A stretch of 51,218 nt of DNA. Origin: a virus. Taxonomy: Duplodnaviria; Caudoviricetes. Numbering within the stretch: position 1 is the first letter of the stretch; the number at the start of each line of letters is the position of its first letter. The stretch lies in the IMG/VR virus record IMGVR_UViG_3300036790_000100, positions 1 through 51,218 of that record; one strand, written 5' to 3'. The notes beneath the pieces were generated by a model. It was given only the letters and a program-made list of their open reading frames with translations, searched no databases and had not been told where the DNA came from. Below, in pieces: positions 18,614 through 27,852 of this stretch. A program made the position numbers and the translations under genes.

Positions 18614-20850
18614 TGCCGCAGATTCCAGACTTCACCGCCGTCGGCAACACCGTCCCGACGCCGAGCTATCGCCGGCCATTTCTGGATGAGTCGGGCGCGG
18701 AGATCGCAAGCTCGATCACTGGCCTCGGCGCCGCGGCCGAGCAGATGGATGAGCAGCAGAAGAATCAGAATGTCGCCATGGCGCGCGCGCAGGCCTCCAA
18801 TGCGCTGCTCGATCACCAGCTCACCATCAAGACCACTGCGCAGGACATCCAGGACCAGGTGGCGAGCGGCCAGCTGTCGTGGGACCAGGCGGCGCAGACC
18901 TACCAGGACAAGGTGAGCAAGCTGCAGGCCCCGACGATCCTGAACCTGGATCCCTTGGGGCAGCAAAGCCTCACCCGCGGCATGCAGCAGCAGGTCAATG
19001 AGGGACAGCTGCAGGTCACGCAGATCGCCCGCAATGGCCAGCGCCAGGCCTTCAGCGATCAGTTCGGCCAGGCGATCGACAAACTCGGCAAGCTCGCCGG
19101 CATGCCCGGCGCCGATATCAACGACATCAATTCAAAGATTGATTCGTACCGGCCGCTCGCCCTCACCGCAGGCATCGCGCCGGCGACGGTGGATAAGGCG
19201 ATCCAGAACTTCAAGGATCAGAACTGGTTGAACCAGGCCACGCAGCGCTCGATGGAAGCCAAGGACAACATGGGCCAGCTGCAGCAGCTGCAGCACGACC
19301 TGGTGGATCCGGACGGGACCTACGCCAACAAGCTCGACACCGACAAGCGCAACATCGTGCTGCGCTCGGTGATCAATGATCAGCTGGTGCTGCAGAGCAA
19401 ACTGGAGCACGAGTCGGACAAGCGCGAAGCGAAGGCGCAGTCGGCGATCGGGCAGATCGATGAGCAGATCTCCTCCGGCGTGCCGGCGACGCCTTCGATG
19501 TGGGAGAAGTGGCAGACCACGACTCAAGGCACCAGCTTCGAGCAGGAGTACAAGCAGCGGCTCGGTGATGAGGACAAGGTGCAATCGGTGCTGCGCCTGC
19601 CGATCGATCAGCAGGAGAAGTACGTCCAGGACCAGGCGAGCGCCCTCGACACCAACGGCGGTAGCTTGCGCGATCGGGCGAACCTGATCCGCCTGCAGAC
19701 CGCGGTCAACCAGAACGTGAACCTGCTGCAGAAGGCACCGCTGTTGTTCAACGCCAACCGCAACGGCACCGAGGTACAGCCGCTCAACTTCACAGCGCTC
19801 ACGATGCCGGATGGTCAGCAGGCCTTCAGCGCGCAGATCGCCGATCGCATGGCGAGCCTGAAGGCGATGCGCACGCAGTACGGCGCCTCGGTCACCCCGT
19901 CGGTGCTCCTGCCGCAGGAGGCGGGGCAGCTCTCGAGCCAGCTGGAGAACGCCGACTACAAGCAGCGCACGCAGATGCTGCTGCAGCTGCGCCAGGCGAC
20001 CGGGGATGATGTGGCCTACCAGAACATCATGCGCCAGGTCGCCCCGCACTCCCCGGTGACCGCGATCGCCGGCCAGCTGGTGAATGCCAACGCGCCGGCG
20101 AACACGCCCAGCTGGTACGACAACAACTTCGCCCCGCAGATCACCGATGTGCAGCACGTGCTCCACGGCGAGGAGCTGCTCAACCCTGCATCGAACGGCA
20201 AGCAGGCGCAGGCCGAACAGGAGGCCGGCAAGGGCGCGATGAAGAACGGCATGCCAATGCCACAGGATGCGGGACCTGCGGGCATGCGCGCGATCTACGG
20301 GCGTGCGGCCGGGGACCTGTTCCGCGATCGCCCGGAAATGGCCGATGCCTACTACTCGGTGTTCAAAGACGCCTATGCCTCACTCCTTGCTCAAAAAGGG
20401 GACATGAAGGGCCTGGGCGATCCCACGCTGCAGCAGCAGGCCTTGAAGATCGCACTGGGCAACACGGTGCAGTTCAACGGCTCAACCGTCTCGGTGCCTC
20501 GAGGCATGGATCCGTCGAACTTCAACGGACTGCTCAAGGGCGCGATCGCCGGCACGATGCAACAGGCCGGGGCGCCGGCGGACTGGCAGCAGCGCGTGCG
20601 CGGCTACGGGCTGCGCGAGCTTGGCGCCGTCGGCAGCGGCCAGTACATGCTGGTCAGCGGCAACACCCCGATCCTGCGCCCGGATAAGCAAGGGCCGATC
20701 GTGGTGGACATGCGCGATCAGTACTTGGGCGCGCGCGGCGCGCATCGCGGCACGCCTGACTGGCAGATGGGCCAGTCCGTTCCCTATACCCGCCAGCCCA
20801 GCGCCGGCGGTGATGCGGCCACACAACCCGAACCTGCGGCAGGACATTGA
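18613..20850 (+). CDS. Internal virion (ejection) protein
   Basis: MPQIP start, Q/A-rich helical 745 aa, syntenic position. Confidence 0.7.
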   Translation: MPQIPDFTAVGNTVPTPSYRRPFLDESGAEIASSITGLGAAAEQMDEQQKNQNVAMARAQASNALLDHQLTIKTTAQDIQDQVASGQLSWDQAAQTYQDKVSKLQAPTILNLDPLGQQSLTRGMQQQVNEGQLQVTQIARNGQRQAFSDQFGQAIDKLGKLAGMPGADINDINSKIDSYRPLALTAGIAPATVDKAIQNFKDQNWLNQATQRSMEAKDNMGQLQQLQHDLVDPDGTYANKLDTDKRNIVLRSVINDQLVLQSKLEHESDKREAKAQSAIGQIDEQISSGVPATPSMWEKWQTTTQGTSFEQEYKQRLGDEDKVQSVLRLPIDQQEKYVQDQASALDTNGGSLRDRANLIRLQTAVNQNVNLLQKAPLLFNANRNGTEVQPLNFTALTMPDGQQAFSAQIADRMASLKAMRTQYGASVTPSVLLPQEAGQLSSQLENADYKQRTQMLLQLRQATGDDVAYQNIMRQVAPHSPVTAIAGQLVNANAPANTPSWYDNNFAPQITDVQHVLHGEELLNPASNGKQAQAEQEAGKGAMKNGMPMPQDAGPAGMRAIYGRAAGDLFRDRPEMADAYYSVFKDAYASLLAQKGDMKGLGDPTLQQQALKIALGNTVQFNGSTVSVPRGMDPSNFNGLLKGAIAGTMQQAGAPADWQQRVRGYGLRELGAVGSGQYMLVSGNTPILRPDKQGPIVVDMRDQYLGARGAHRGTPDWQMGQSVPYTRQPSAGGDAATQPEPAAGH

Positions 20851-21431
20851 TGACCGAGACCTATCAGAACTTCCGCCACCTGGTGAGCGGCTTCAACGTG
20901 CACCCGGCCGTCGCCGAGCTGGAAGGCAAACCGGAGCTGTGGAACCTGGTCGACGTCCGCCAGCGCTACGCCGGCAGCGCGCACGCCGACACCGAGACGA
21001 TCTTCCTGCGCGGGCCCAACTCTCTCGAGGACGTGTTCAACAACCTTGAGTGCATGGACTATGCAGTGATTCACCAGCTGCCCGCGGTGCTGGCGCTGCT
21101 GCGCGCGATCGCCAGCCGCTACCGGGTGCGCGATATCGGCCGAGTGATGCTGGTGCGCCTGAAGGCGGATGGGTTCATTCGCCCGCACACCGATGAGGGG
21201 GACTACGCCCGCTTCTATGCACGGCTGCACCTGCCGTTGGTCACCAATGAGACCTGCACCTTCAGCTGCGGGAATGAGATCGTGCAGATGAAGGCCGGGG
21301 AGCTGTGGTGGTTCAACCATCAGCGCCAGCACTCGGTGGCCAACTACGGCGCCGATCGGATCCACCTGATCATGGATATCAGCGCGCCCGGCTTCACCGG
21401 CGCCCTGGCTGATATCGCCCCGGTGGCCTGA
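20847..21431 (+). CDS. Aspartyl/asparaginyl beta-hydroxylase family 2OG-Fe(II) oxygenase
   Basis: GRVML.RL...I.PHTD (HxD), RLHLPL, GELWWFN....HSV.N...RIHLIMD. Confidence 0.88.
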   Translation: MMTETYQNFRHLVSGFNVHPAVAELEGKPELWNLVDVRQRYAGSAHADTETIFLRGPNSLEDVFNNLECMDYAVIHQLPAVLALLRAIASRYRVRDIGRVMLVRLKADGFIRPHTDEGDYARFYARLHLPLVTNETCTFSCGNEIVQMKAGELWWFNHQRQHSVANYGADRIHLIMDISAPGFTGALADIAPVA

Positions 21432-21432
21432 A

Positions 21433-21448
21433 TGTTCCACGTGGAACG
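21433..21448. promoter_or_regulatory. parS: parS-like palindrome
   Basis: TGTTCCACGTGGAACG with a perfect 14-bp palindromic core, filling a 23-bp intergenic gap; matches the bacterial chromosomal parS consensus. Confidence 0.8.
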
Positions 21449-21454
21449 CACGCT

Positions 21455-24400
21455 ATGAGCACCCCCTTCCCCCTCGAGGACCAGGCGAACCAGGAGTCGC
21501 TCACCGGGTACGTGAACCCGTGGCAGGGCGCAGCCCCGAAGCCAGCCTGGTACCAGGGCATCGGCTTCGATGAGGACAGCGCCTACCTCGGGCCCCTTGG
21601 GCGGGCGATCCAGGGTGCCGGCGAGGGTGTGGCCAAGGGGGAGGAGATGCTCGGCGGCTTCTGGCACTCGGAGTTCGCCGGCATCGGTGCTGCGGCCGGT
21701 GCGCTGGGCCTCACGAAGCTGCAGCAGGCGGCTCAGGAGTCTGGCCAGGACACCGATTCGATCATGGCCGATGCCCGGCAGCGGGTGAAGGCCCTGACGC
21801 CGGACCCAGCCACCGTGGGTGCGGCCGGCCAGGTCATCAGCGGGGTCACCTCCGGCTTCGCCAGGATGGGACTGGGCGCCCTGACCGGGACCGGGATGCT
21901 CGGTGGCGCGGCCGTGATGGGCGGCTCAGAGGGCGTTGATCGCGCTCAGGCGCTCCAGGAGCAGGGCGTCAGCCACGGGGCTGCAACCGTCGCCGGAGCG
22001 GTATCTGGCGTCCTGTCGGGCGCGGGGGCGGTCCTGCCGGCCGGTTTGGGCTCGACCCTGCTGTCCAAGGTGCTGACCGGCGCGCTGGGCAATGCCGCCT
22101 TCGGGGCGCTCAGCCGCTACGCCGATCACTCGATCCTGGACCACGCCGGTTACCACGACATGGCCGAGCAGCAGCAGGTCTGGGACGCCACCTCCATGGT
22201 CACGGACCTGATCCTCGGTGGCGGTTTCGGCGCCCTGGCGCACATCCAGGAAGCCCCGCAGCGGGCGGCCGAGCAGCAGCGGGCAGCGACCAACCTGGCG
22301 CTGGCCTCCATGTGGCAGAAGGCCGGCCTGCGCGATCAGCCAGGCGTTGAGGATGCCGCGCTGTCGATGAACCTGGCCATGCGCGACAAGGGTGCAGCCC
22401 CGGGTGTCGCGGTCGATCCGATGGCCGCCGGCGCCCACCAGGCCGCGCTCGAGGAGGCAACCGCCGACCTCATGGCGAACCGGCCAGTGAGTGTGGCGAG
22501 TGAGGGCTTGCAGAACGCCACCTTCGTCGGCCGGCCGGCCGAGGACACGACCGCGGCGCACAGCATGCTCGTGAGCGCGCTGCGCGAGGGCGGCATGCTC
22601 GAGGAGCAGCGCCACCTGCAGCTGCTCGAAGGAGCGCTCGGCGCGCGGATCCGCGGCGAGGAACTGCCGCCGGAAGTTGTGCGTACGCCCACGCAAATTG
22701 CACCCAGCGGCCCAGAAGTTGCGCCAGTAGCACCATCCGATGCGACAACAGCACCCTCGCCGATCCCGCGCGCCTCGAACCTCACGGAAGCCGATCGAGG
22801 GATCGAGAGCCGCTTCGCCGATCGGGTGGACAGCGACTACGAAGGCCTGAAGGCTCAGTACGCCGCGCACCCGGACACCAACGGCGGCAAGATCCTCAAC
22901 ACCGACACGGCCCGGGAGCTCTCGCCCGACTACCTGGCCGATCGCACCAAGTCGGCCGCGGTGCACGAGCCGGCCAGCTACTTCATCAAGAAGCTGTACG
23001 CCGAGAAGCTGGCTCAACCACCCGGACCTGGTGAGGATCCCACGGTGCTGTTCACCGCCGGCGGCACGGGCGCGGGCAAGACGACGGCCGTCAACGATGC
23101 GCTCAATGAGCAGGTTCAGCGCGCGCAGATCGTGTACGACACCAACATGAACGGCGCCAAGTCCGCGCAGGCGAAGATCGACCAGGCGCTGGCTGCGGGC
23201 AAGGATGTGAAGATCGCCTATGTGCATCGGGAGCCCTCGGAGGCCTTGACCAACGGCGCGCTGACGCGGGCGATGAAACAGCAGCGCAAGTTCGGCTCCG
23301 GACGCACCGTGCCGATCGAGGAGCATGTCAATACGCACGTGGGTGCGAACGACACGATCCGCGCGCTCGCCGAGCACTACAAGAACGATCCGGACGTGTC
23401 GATTCACATAATCGACAACAGCCGCGGCCGCGGCAACGCGCAGCTGATTGATTTGGAGCAGCTGCCCCGCCTGGACTACACTAGGACCCATGAGCAAGCC
23501 GTCGCAGCGCTCGAAGCGGCCCACACTGAGGGTCGTATCTCGGAACCCGTCTACCGGGGCTTCCGCGGAGAACGTGCAGGCTCAGAACCAGGAGTACGCG
23601 GACAGCCAGCAGCCGGATCAGCAGCCGATGCCGCCGATGCCGGGGAGCAGCCAGGCCGCACCCCCGCAGGGAACGGTGCAGCAGCCGCAGGCGAGTTGGG
23701 GTCAGCAAATGGTGAACAGCCTCAACCGCAACGCACTGGCGAGCCAACCAGTCAGCTAGTCGCGACCGCATCGGGGCGCCAGGTCAAGGTGCTCCCCAAG
23801 GTGGTCGAGGCCGCCGATCTCGTCACCTCCGATCATCCCAACTATCCGCAGGAGCTGCAGCCGCGTCAGCGTGGCGATCGCGTAGCGCTGCAGGAGCAGG
23901 TCCACAACATCGCGCAGAACCTGAGTCCGGAACGGCTGGGTAACTCGGCCGAGGCGGACCGCGGCGCGCCGATCACCGGCGAAGGCAACGTGATGGAGTC
24001 GGGCAACGGGCGCGTGATGGCACTGCGTGAAGTGTACGCAGGCAGCCCGGAGAAGGCGCAGGCGTACAAGGACTGGCTGACCTCGCAGGGCCATGACATC
24101 AGCGGCATGAAAGAGCCGGTGCTGGTGCGTGAGCGTCAAACGCCGATGAGCGATGCGGAGCGCCAGGCCTTTGCGGTCGAGGCCAACCAGGCCGCGACGG
24201 CCGAGCTCTCACCTGTCGAGCGCGCGCAGGCCGATGCGAAGTTGCTCGACGGTGGCACGCTCTCCCAGCTGCGCAACGGTGAGCTGTCCTCTGCGCAGAA
24301 CGCCCCCTTCGTGCGCTCCTTCCTCGAGAAGCTGCCCGCCGGCGAGCGCAACGCAATGGTCAACCCGGATGGCACCGTGTCGCAGCAGGGCGTGCGCCGG

Positions 24401-25162
24401 CTGCAGGCTGCGATTCTCGCCAAGGCCTACGGCGGCAACGCGCGCTCGAACGCAACGCTCGGCCGCATGCTCGAGTCCACCGACAATGACATGCGCTCGA
24501 CCATGGGCGCGCTGCTCGATGCCGCGCCGGCGTTCGCACGACTGCGCCAGGCGATCAAGGACGGCAAGGTCGCCCCTGAGTACGATCTATCGAAGGCGCT
24601 CACCGAGGCGGTCGAGACCGTTGCACAGGTCAGGGAAAAAGGGCAGGCAATCGGGGAGTTCCTTAAACAAGGCGACCTGCTGACTAAACGCGCGCCGATC
24701 GTGGACCAGCTGATGAAGGCCATGTTCGATGCGAAGGGCGAGCGGATCGCGGGGCGCGAGAAGGTGGCGCAGGCCTTGATGGACTATGCCGATCGGGCGC
24801 AGCGCCAACGTCTGGACCAGGGCAGCCTCTTTGGTGAATCGGCGATCCCGCCGGATCGGCTACTCGCCGCCAATGAGCCGCGGCCCGGCGAGGAGAAGGT
24901 CACCCCGATGCGCCCCGCGGCCGACATGTTCGGCGTGCGTACAGCGCCGGCGCGGCCGCCGCGTAGCGATGATGCAGCGGTGCAGTCGGGCCAGGATGTG
25001 ATCGCGCGCAACCCTAACCTCGAAATGCCTGATCAGAATGGCGACCTGGTGCGCGCCAGGTCCGAGCTGCTCGGCGCCGAGGATGATGTGAAGTCTGCAA
25101 ACGAGCGAGTGCCTGATGCACTCTCGATCGCCGCCAGCTGTGCTGGGCAAAGGGCTGCATGA
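21455..25162 (+). CDS. Polyvalent internal virion protein: hydrophobic N-terminus, zeta-toxin-like P-loop kinase, DdrB-like ParB domain
   Basis: Gly-rich TM-like N-terminus; ILNTDTARE..VHE..LFTAGGTGAGKT..YDTN..GRTVP; VVEAADL..YPQELQPR.R..L.PERL..GAPI..ESGNGR. Confidence 0.75.
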   Translation: MSTPFPLEDQANQESLTGYVNPWQGAAPKPAWYQGIGFDEDSAYLGPLGRAIQGAGEGVAKGEEMLGGFWHSEFAGIGAAAGALGLTKLQQAAQESGQDTDSIMADARQRVKALTPDPATVGAAGQVISGVTSGFARMGLGALTGTGMLGGAAVMGGSEGVDRAQALQEQGVSHGAATVAGAVSGVLSGAGAVLPAGLGSTLLSKVLTGALGNAAFGALSRYADHSILDHAGYHDMAEQQQVWDATSMVTDLILGGGFGALAHIQEAPQRAAEQQRAATNLALASMWQKAGLRDQPGVEDAALSMNLAMRDKGAAPGVAVDPMAAGAHQAALEEATADLMANRPVSVASEGLQNATFVGRPAEDTTAAHSMLVSALREGGMLEEQRHLQLLEGALGARIRGEELPPEVVRTPTQIAPSGPEVAPVAPSDATTAPSPIPRASNLTEADRGIESRFADRVDSDYEGLKAQYAAHPDTNGGKILNTDTARELSPDYLADRTKSAAVHEPASYFIKKLYAEKLAQPPGPGEDPTVLFTAGGTGAGKTTAVNDALNEQVQRAQIVYDTNMNGAKSAQAKIDQALAAGKDVKIAYVHREPSEALTNGALTRAMKQQRKFGSGRTVPIEEHVNTHVGANDTIRALAEHYKNDPDVSIHIIDNSRGRGNAQLIDLEQLPRLDYTRTHEQAVAALEAAHTEGRISEPVYRGFRGERAGSEPGVRGQPAAGSAADAADAGEQPGRTPAGNGAAAAGELGSANGEQPQPQRTGEPTSQLVATASGRQVKVLPKVVEAADLVTSDHPNYPQELQPRQRGDRVALQEQVHNIAQNLSPERLGNSAEADRGAPITGEGNVMESGNGRVMALREVYAGSPEKAQAYKDWLTSQGHDISGMKEPVLVRERQTPMSDAERQAFAVEANQAATAELSPVERAQADAKLLDGGTLSQLRNGELSSAQNAPFVRSFLEKLPAGERNAMVNPDGTVSQQGVRRLQAAILAKAYGGNARSNATLGRMLESTDNDMRSTMGALLDAAPAFARLRQAIKDGKVAPEYDLSKALTEAVETVAQVREKGQAIGEFLKQGDLLTKRAPIVDQLMKAMFDAKGERIAGREKVAQALMDYADRAQRQRLDQGSLFGESAIPPDRLLAANEPRPGEEKVTPMRPAADMFGVRTAPARPPRSDDAAVQSGQDVIARNPNLEMPDQNGDLVRARSELLGAEDDVKSANERVPDALSIAASCAGQRAA

Positions 25163-27843
25163 ACCCGGAATGTGAACAGGCCGTTACCGACTACCTCGGC
25201 CGAGATCTCAAACCCTCCGAGGCCAAGGCGGCCGATGATGCGGTGAGCCTGCAGATGCGCCTGGCGGCCCGACGTGATCCGCAAGCGTGGTTGCAGATGA
25301 GCCCGCAGGAGCGACTACAGGCTGGTGCAAAAGCCGCGGCCGCGGACATCATCGGGGATCTGAAACTCAAGCAGCGGCGCGTGGCACTGCAGATCGCCGC
25401 GCACGATCGCATCGAGAACGCGATCAATCAGGCGATCTCCCGGCTGCCCCCGGAGAAGGAGCACTGGTGGCAGTTCGGCCGCTCCAAACCCGGTAGCCAG
25501 TTGCGCGCGGTCAGCGAGCTGCTCGCCTTCGACCCCGCGGGGCACGGCATCACCTCGGTTGAGACCACCAGCCACGCGATCGCCAATGAGGCGCTCGGCA
25601 ACCTGATGCCGCTGTGGAATTCGGTCAAGGGCTTCGCGCACCTGTTCGAGGACCGCCAGGGAGTGAACGACCTGGTGCACGAGCTCTTTGGCGAGGACAG
25701 CGGCAATGCGGCCGCCAAGGCCGGAGCGAAGGCGTGGATCAAAGTGACCGATGAGCTGCGATCGCGGGCGAATGCGGCCGGCATGGACATCGGCAAGCTC
25801 GAGGACTGGCACTACCCGCAAAACTGGAGCCAGTCGCGCGTCGCCACGGCCGCCGGTGATCCTGCGGCATCGCTTGAGAAATTCGTCGGCGACATGCTGC
25901 CACTGCTCGATCGGGACAAGTACTTGAATCCCGATGGCACGCGCATGACCGATTCGGACCTCACGAAGATGCTGGGCAACGTGTTCGACACCATCACCAG
26001 CGATGGGATGAACAAGACGGTCGCGGAGTTCAAACGCCAGACCTCGAAGGGCACACCGACCGCGACGTATAGCGGGACCGGCTTCGGGGACATCATGGCG
26101 AACCGGCAAAGCGCGCACCGGGCGCTGTTCTTCAAGGACGCGGACAGCTACATGTCGGCGCAGGGCCTGTACGGCCAGGGGAGCCTGTGGCCCGCGCTCA
26201 CCGGGCACATCCGCTCGATCGCGCGCGATATCGGCTTGGTCGAAACCTTGGGACCGAACCCGGCGGCCAGCTTCAAGTTCTTCAATGACCGCACGCACCT
26301 GGATGAGCTGCGCCAGGCGCCGGAGTCAGCCAACTCGATCAACTCGGCCGCCAAGTTCAACGAGTCGCTGTTTGATTTCGTCTCCGGCCAGCGCGGCGCG
26401 GTGAACGCGAAGATCGAGGCGGTGGGCCAGGCCTTCCGCAACTTCGAGAGCGCCACCAAGCTCGGCAACGTGGTGCTGACGGCACTGGGCGATGAGGCTG
26501 GCATGGCGGCGACCTGCTTCGCCAACCGGGTCCCGTTCAGCGAAAACCTGATGCGCGAGCTCGCGCAGTTCAACCCGGCCAACTCCGATGCGCGCACCGC
26601 GGCCGCGCACAGCGGCGTCGGCATCAACTCCATGATCGGCGGCTTAAACCGCTTCGGCCAGGAGGATATGCGTACGCAGGGCGGGGAGGGATCAGGTGCC
26701 GAGGCGGTGCGCAATTTCACCGGCAAGCTCGCCACCGGAGTACTCACCGCCTCCGGAGCCGAGGGCATGTGGGACATTCGTCGGCGCGCGCTCGGCTCGG
26801 TGCTCATGAGCGCCATGGGCAACCTCACCCGCAAGTTCGAGAATTTCAAGGACATGTCCTTCGATGATGCCGGGATGCTCACCCGCAAAGGCGTCACGGA
26901 GACGGACTGGCAGGTGTGGAAAAACGCGGACCTCGAGGATTGGGGGATGAAGCACGGCGTGCTCACCCCGAAGGCCGTCTGGTCGATCCCGGATGAGAAG
27001 CTCGCCGGCATGGGCGACCCGACGGCGCTCAAGCGTCACGCCGCGAGCATGCTGCTCGGCCACGTCCTCGAGGAGACCGGGATGGGTGTCATGGACACCG
27101 GCGCCCGCGAGCGCGCGTCGATGATGTTCGGCACGACCCCTGGCACCGTCGCCGGCGAGCTCACCCGATCGGCATTGCTGTTCAAGAGCTTCAGCATGTC
27201 GATGATGATGAAGCACTGGGCGCGCGCGGCCTCGATGCCCACGGGACGCTCGAGCGCGATGTACGCGGCCACCCTGGTGGTCACCGGCACGATCATGGGC
27301 GCACTGGCCAACCAGATCCGCAACCTCACGCAGGGCAAGGATCCGGAGAACATGGCGAGCCCGCAGTTTTGGGGCAGCGCGATCCTGCGCGGAGGCGGCT
27401 TGGGCTTCTACGGGGATTTCCTGTACGACGAGCTCACCTCGCACGACACCTCACTGATCCCCGCGCTGATGGGGCCGCTGGCGACCTCGGCCGAGGAGGT
27501 GTGGAATCTCACCGGCGCCGCGGCCTTCAAGAACGCGAAAGGCGAACGCACCGATGAGGGGGCGAACCTGGTGCGCTTTGCCAAGAGCAACATCCCGTTC
27601 CAGAACATGTGGTATCTGCGTGCGGCTTTCGAGCACCTGATCTGGAACAACATGCAAGAGGCCGCCAGCCCCGGGTACCTCGATCGCATGCAGGCCAAGG
27701 CGTACGCGCAGCGCGGCAGCAGCTGGTGGTGGGATCCGCACGACACCACCCCGCAGTCAGCCCCCGATCTCTCCAAGGCGATCCAGCCGGACCGCGGCCG
27801 CCAGGAGCTCGACACGATCGCTCAAAAGACTGGAATGGAGTAG
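25159..27843 (+). CDS. Large internal virion (ejection) protein
   Basis: MNPEC..AV start, IGKLEDW.YPQ, HR.L.FKDADS, FKSF, RGGGLGFYGD, PFQNMWY, SPGYL motifs of epsilon15/BPP-1-like core proteins. Confidence 0.8.
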   Translation: MNPECEQAVTDYLGRDLKPSEAKAADDAVSLQMRLAARRDPQAWLQMSPQERLQAGAKAAAADIIGDLKLKQRRVALQIAAHDRIENAINQAISRLPPEKEHWWQFGRSKPGSQLRAVSELLAFDPAGHGITSVETTSHAIANEALGNLMPLWNSVKGFAHLFEDRQGVNDLVHELFGEDSGNAAAKAGAKAWIKVTDELRSRANAAGMDIGKLEDWHYPQNWSQSRVATAAGDPAASLEKFVGDMLPLLDRDKYLNPDGTRMTDSDLTKMLGNVFDTITSDGMNKTVAEFKRQTSKGTPTATYSGTGFGDIMANRQSAHRALFFKDADSYMSAQGLYGQGSLWPALTGHIRSIARDIGLVETLGPNPAASFKFFNDRTHLDELRQAPESANSINSAAKFNESLFDFVSGQRGAVNAKIEAVGQAFRNFESATKLGNVVLTALGDEAGMAATCFANRVPFSENLMRELAQFNPANSDARTAAAHSGVGINSMIGGLNRFGQEDMRTQGGEGSGAEAVRNFTGKLATGVLTASGAEGMWDIRRRALGSVLMSAMGNLTRKFENFKDMSFDDAGMLTRKGVTETDWQVWKNADLEDWGMKHGVLTPKAVWSIPDEKLAGMGDPTALKRHAASMLLGHVLEETGMGVMDTGARERASMMFGTTPGTVAGELTRSALLFKSFSMSMMMKHWARAASMPTGRSSAMYAATLVVTGTIMGALANQIRNLTQGKDPENMASPQFWGSAILRGGGLGFYGDFLYDELTSHDTSLIPALMGPLATSAEEVWNLTGAAAFKNAKGERTDEGANLVRFAKSNIPFQNMWYLRAAFEHLIWNNMQEAASPGYLDRMQAKAYAQRGSSWWWDPHDTTPQSAPDLSKAIQPDRGRQELDTIAQKTGME

Positions 27844-27852
27844 GAACCGACC

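Noticed and set aside
21926-23524. Long antisense ORFs (also 42218-43789, 4411-5592, 45911-47053)
   Set aside because: Shadow frames of high-GC genes with no motifs or RBS.
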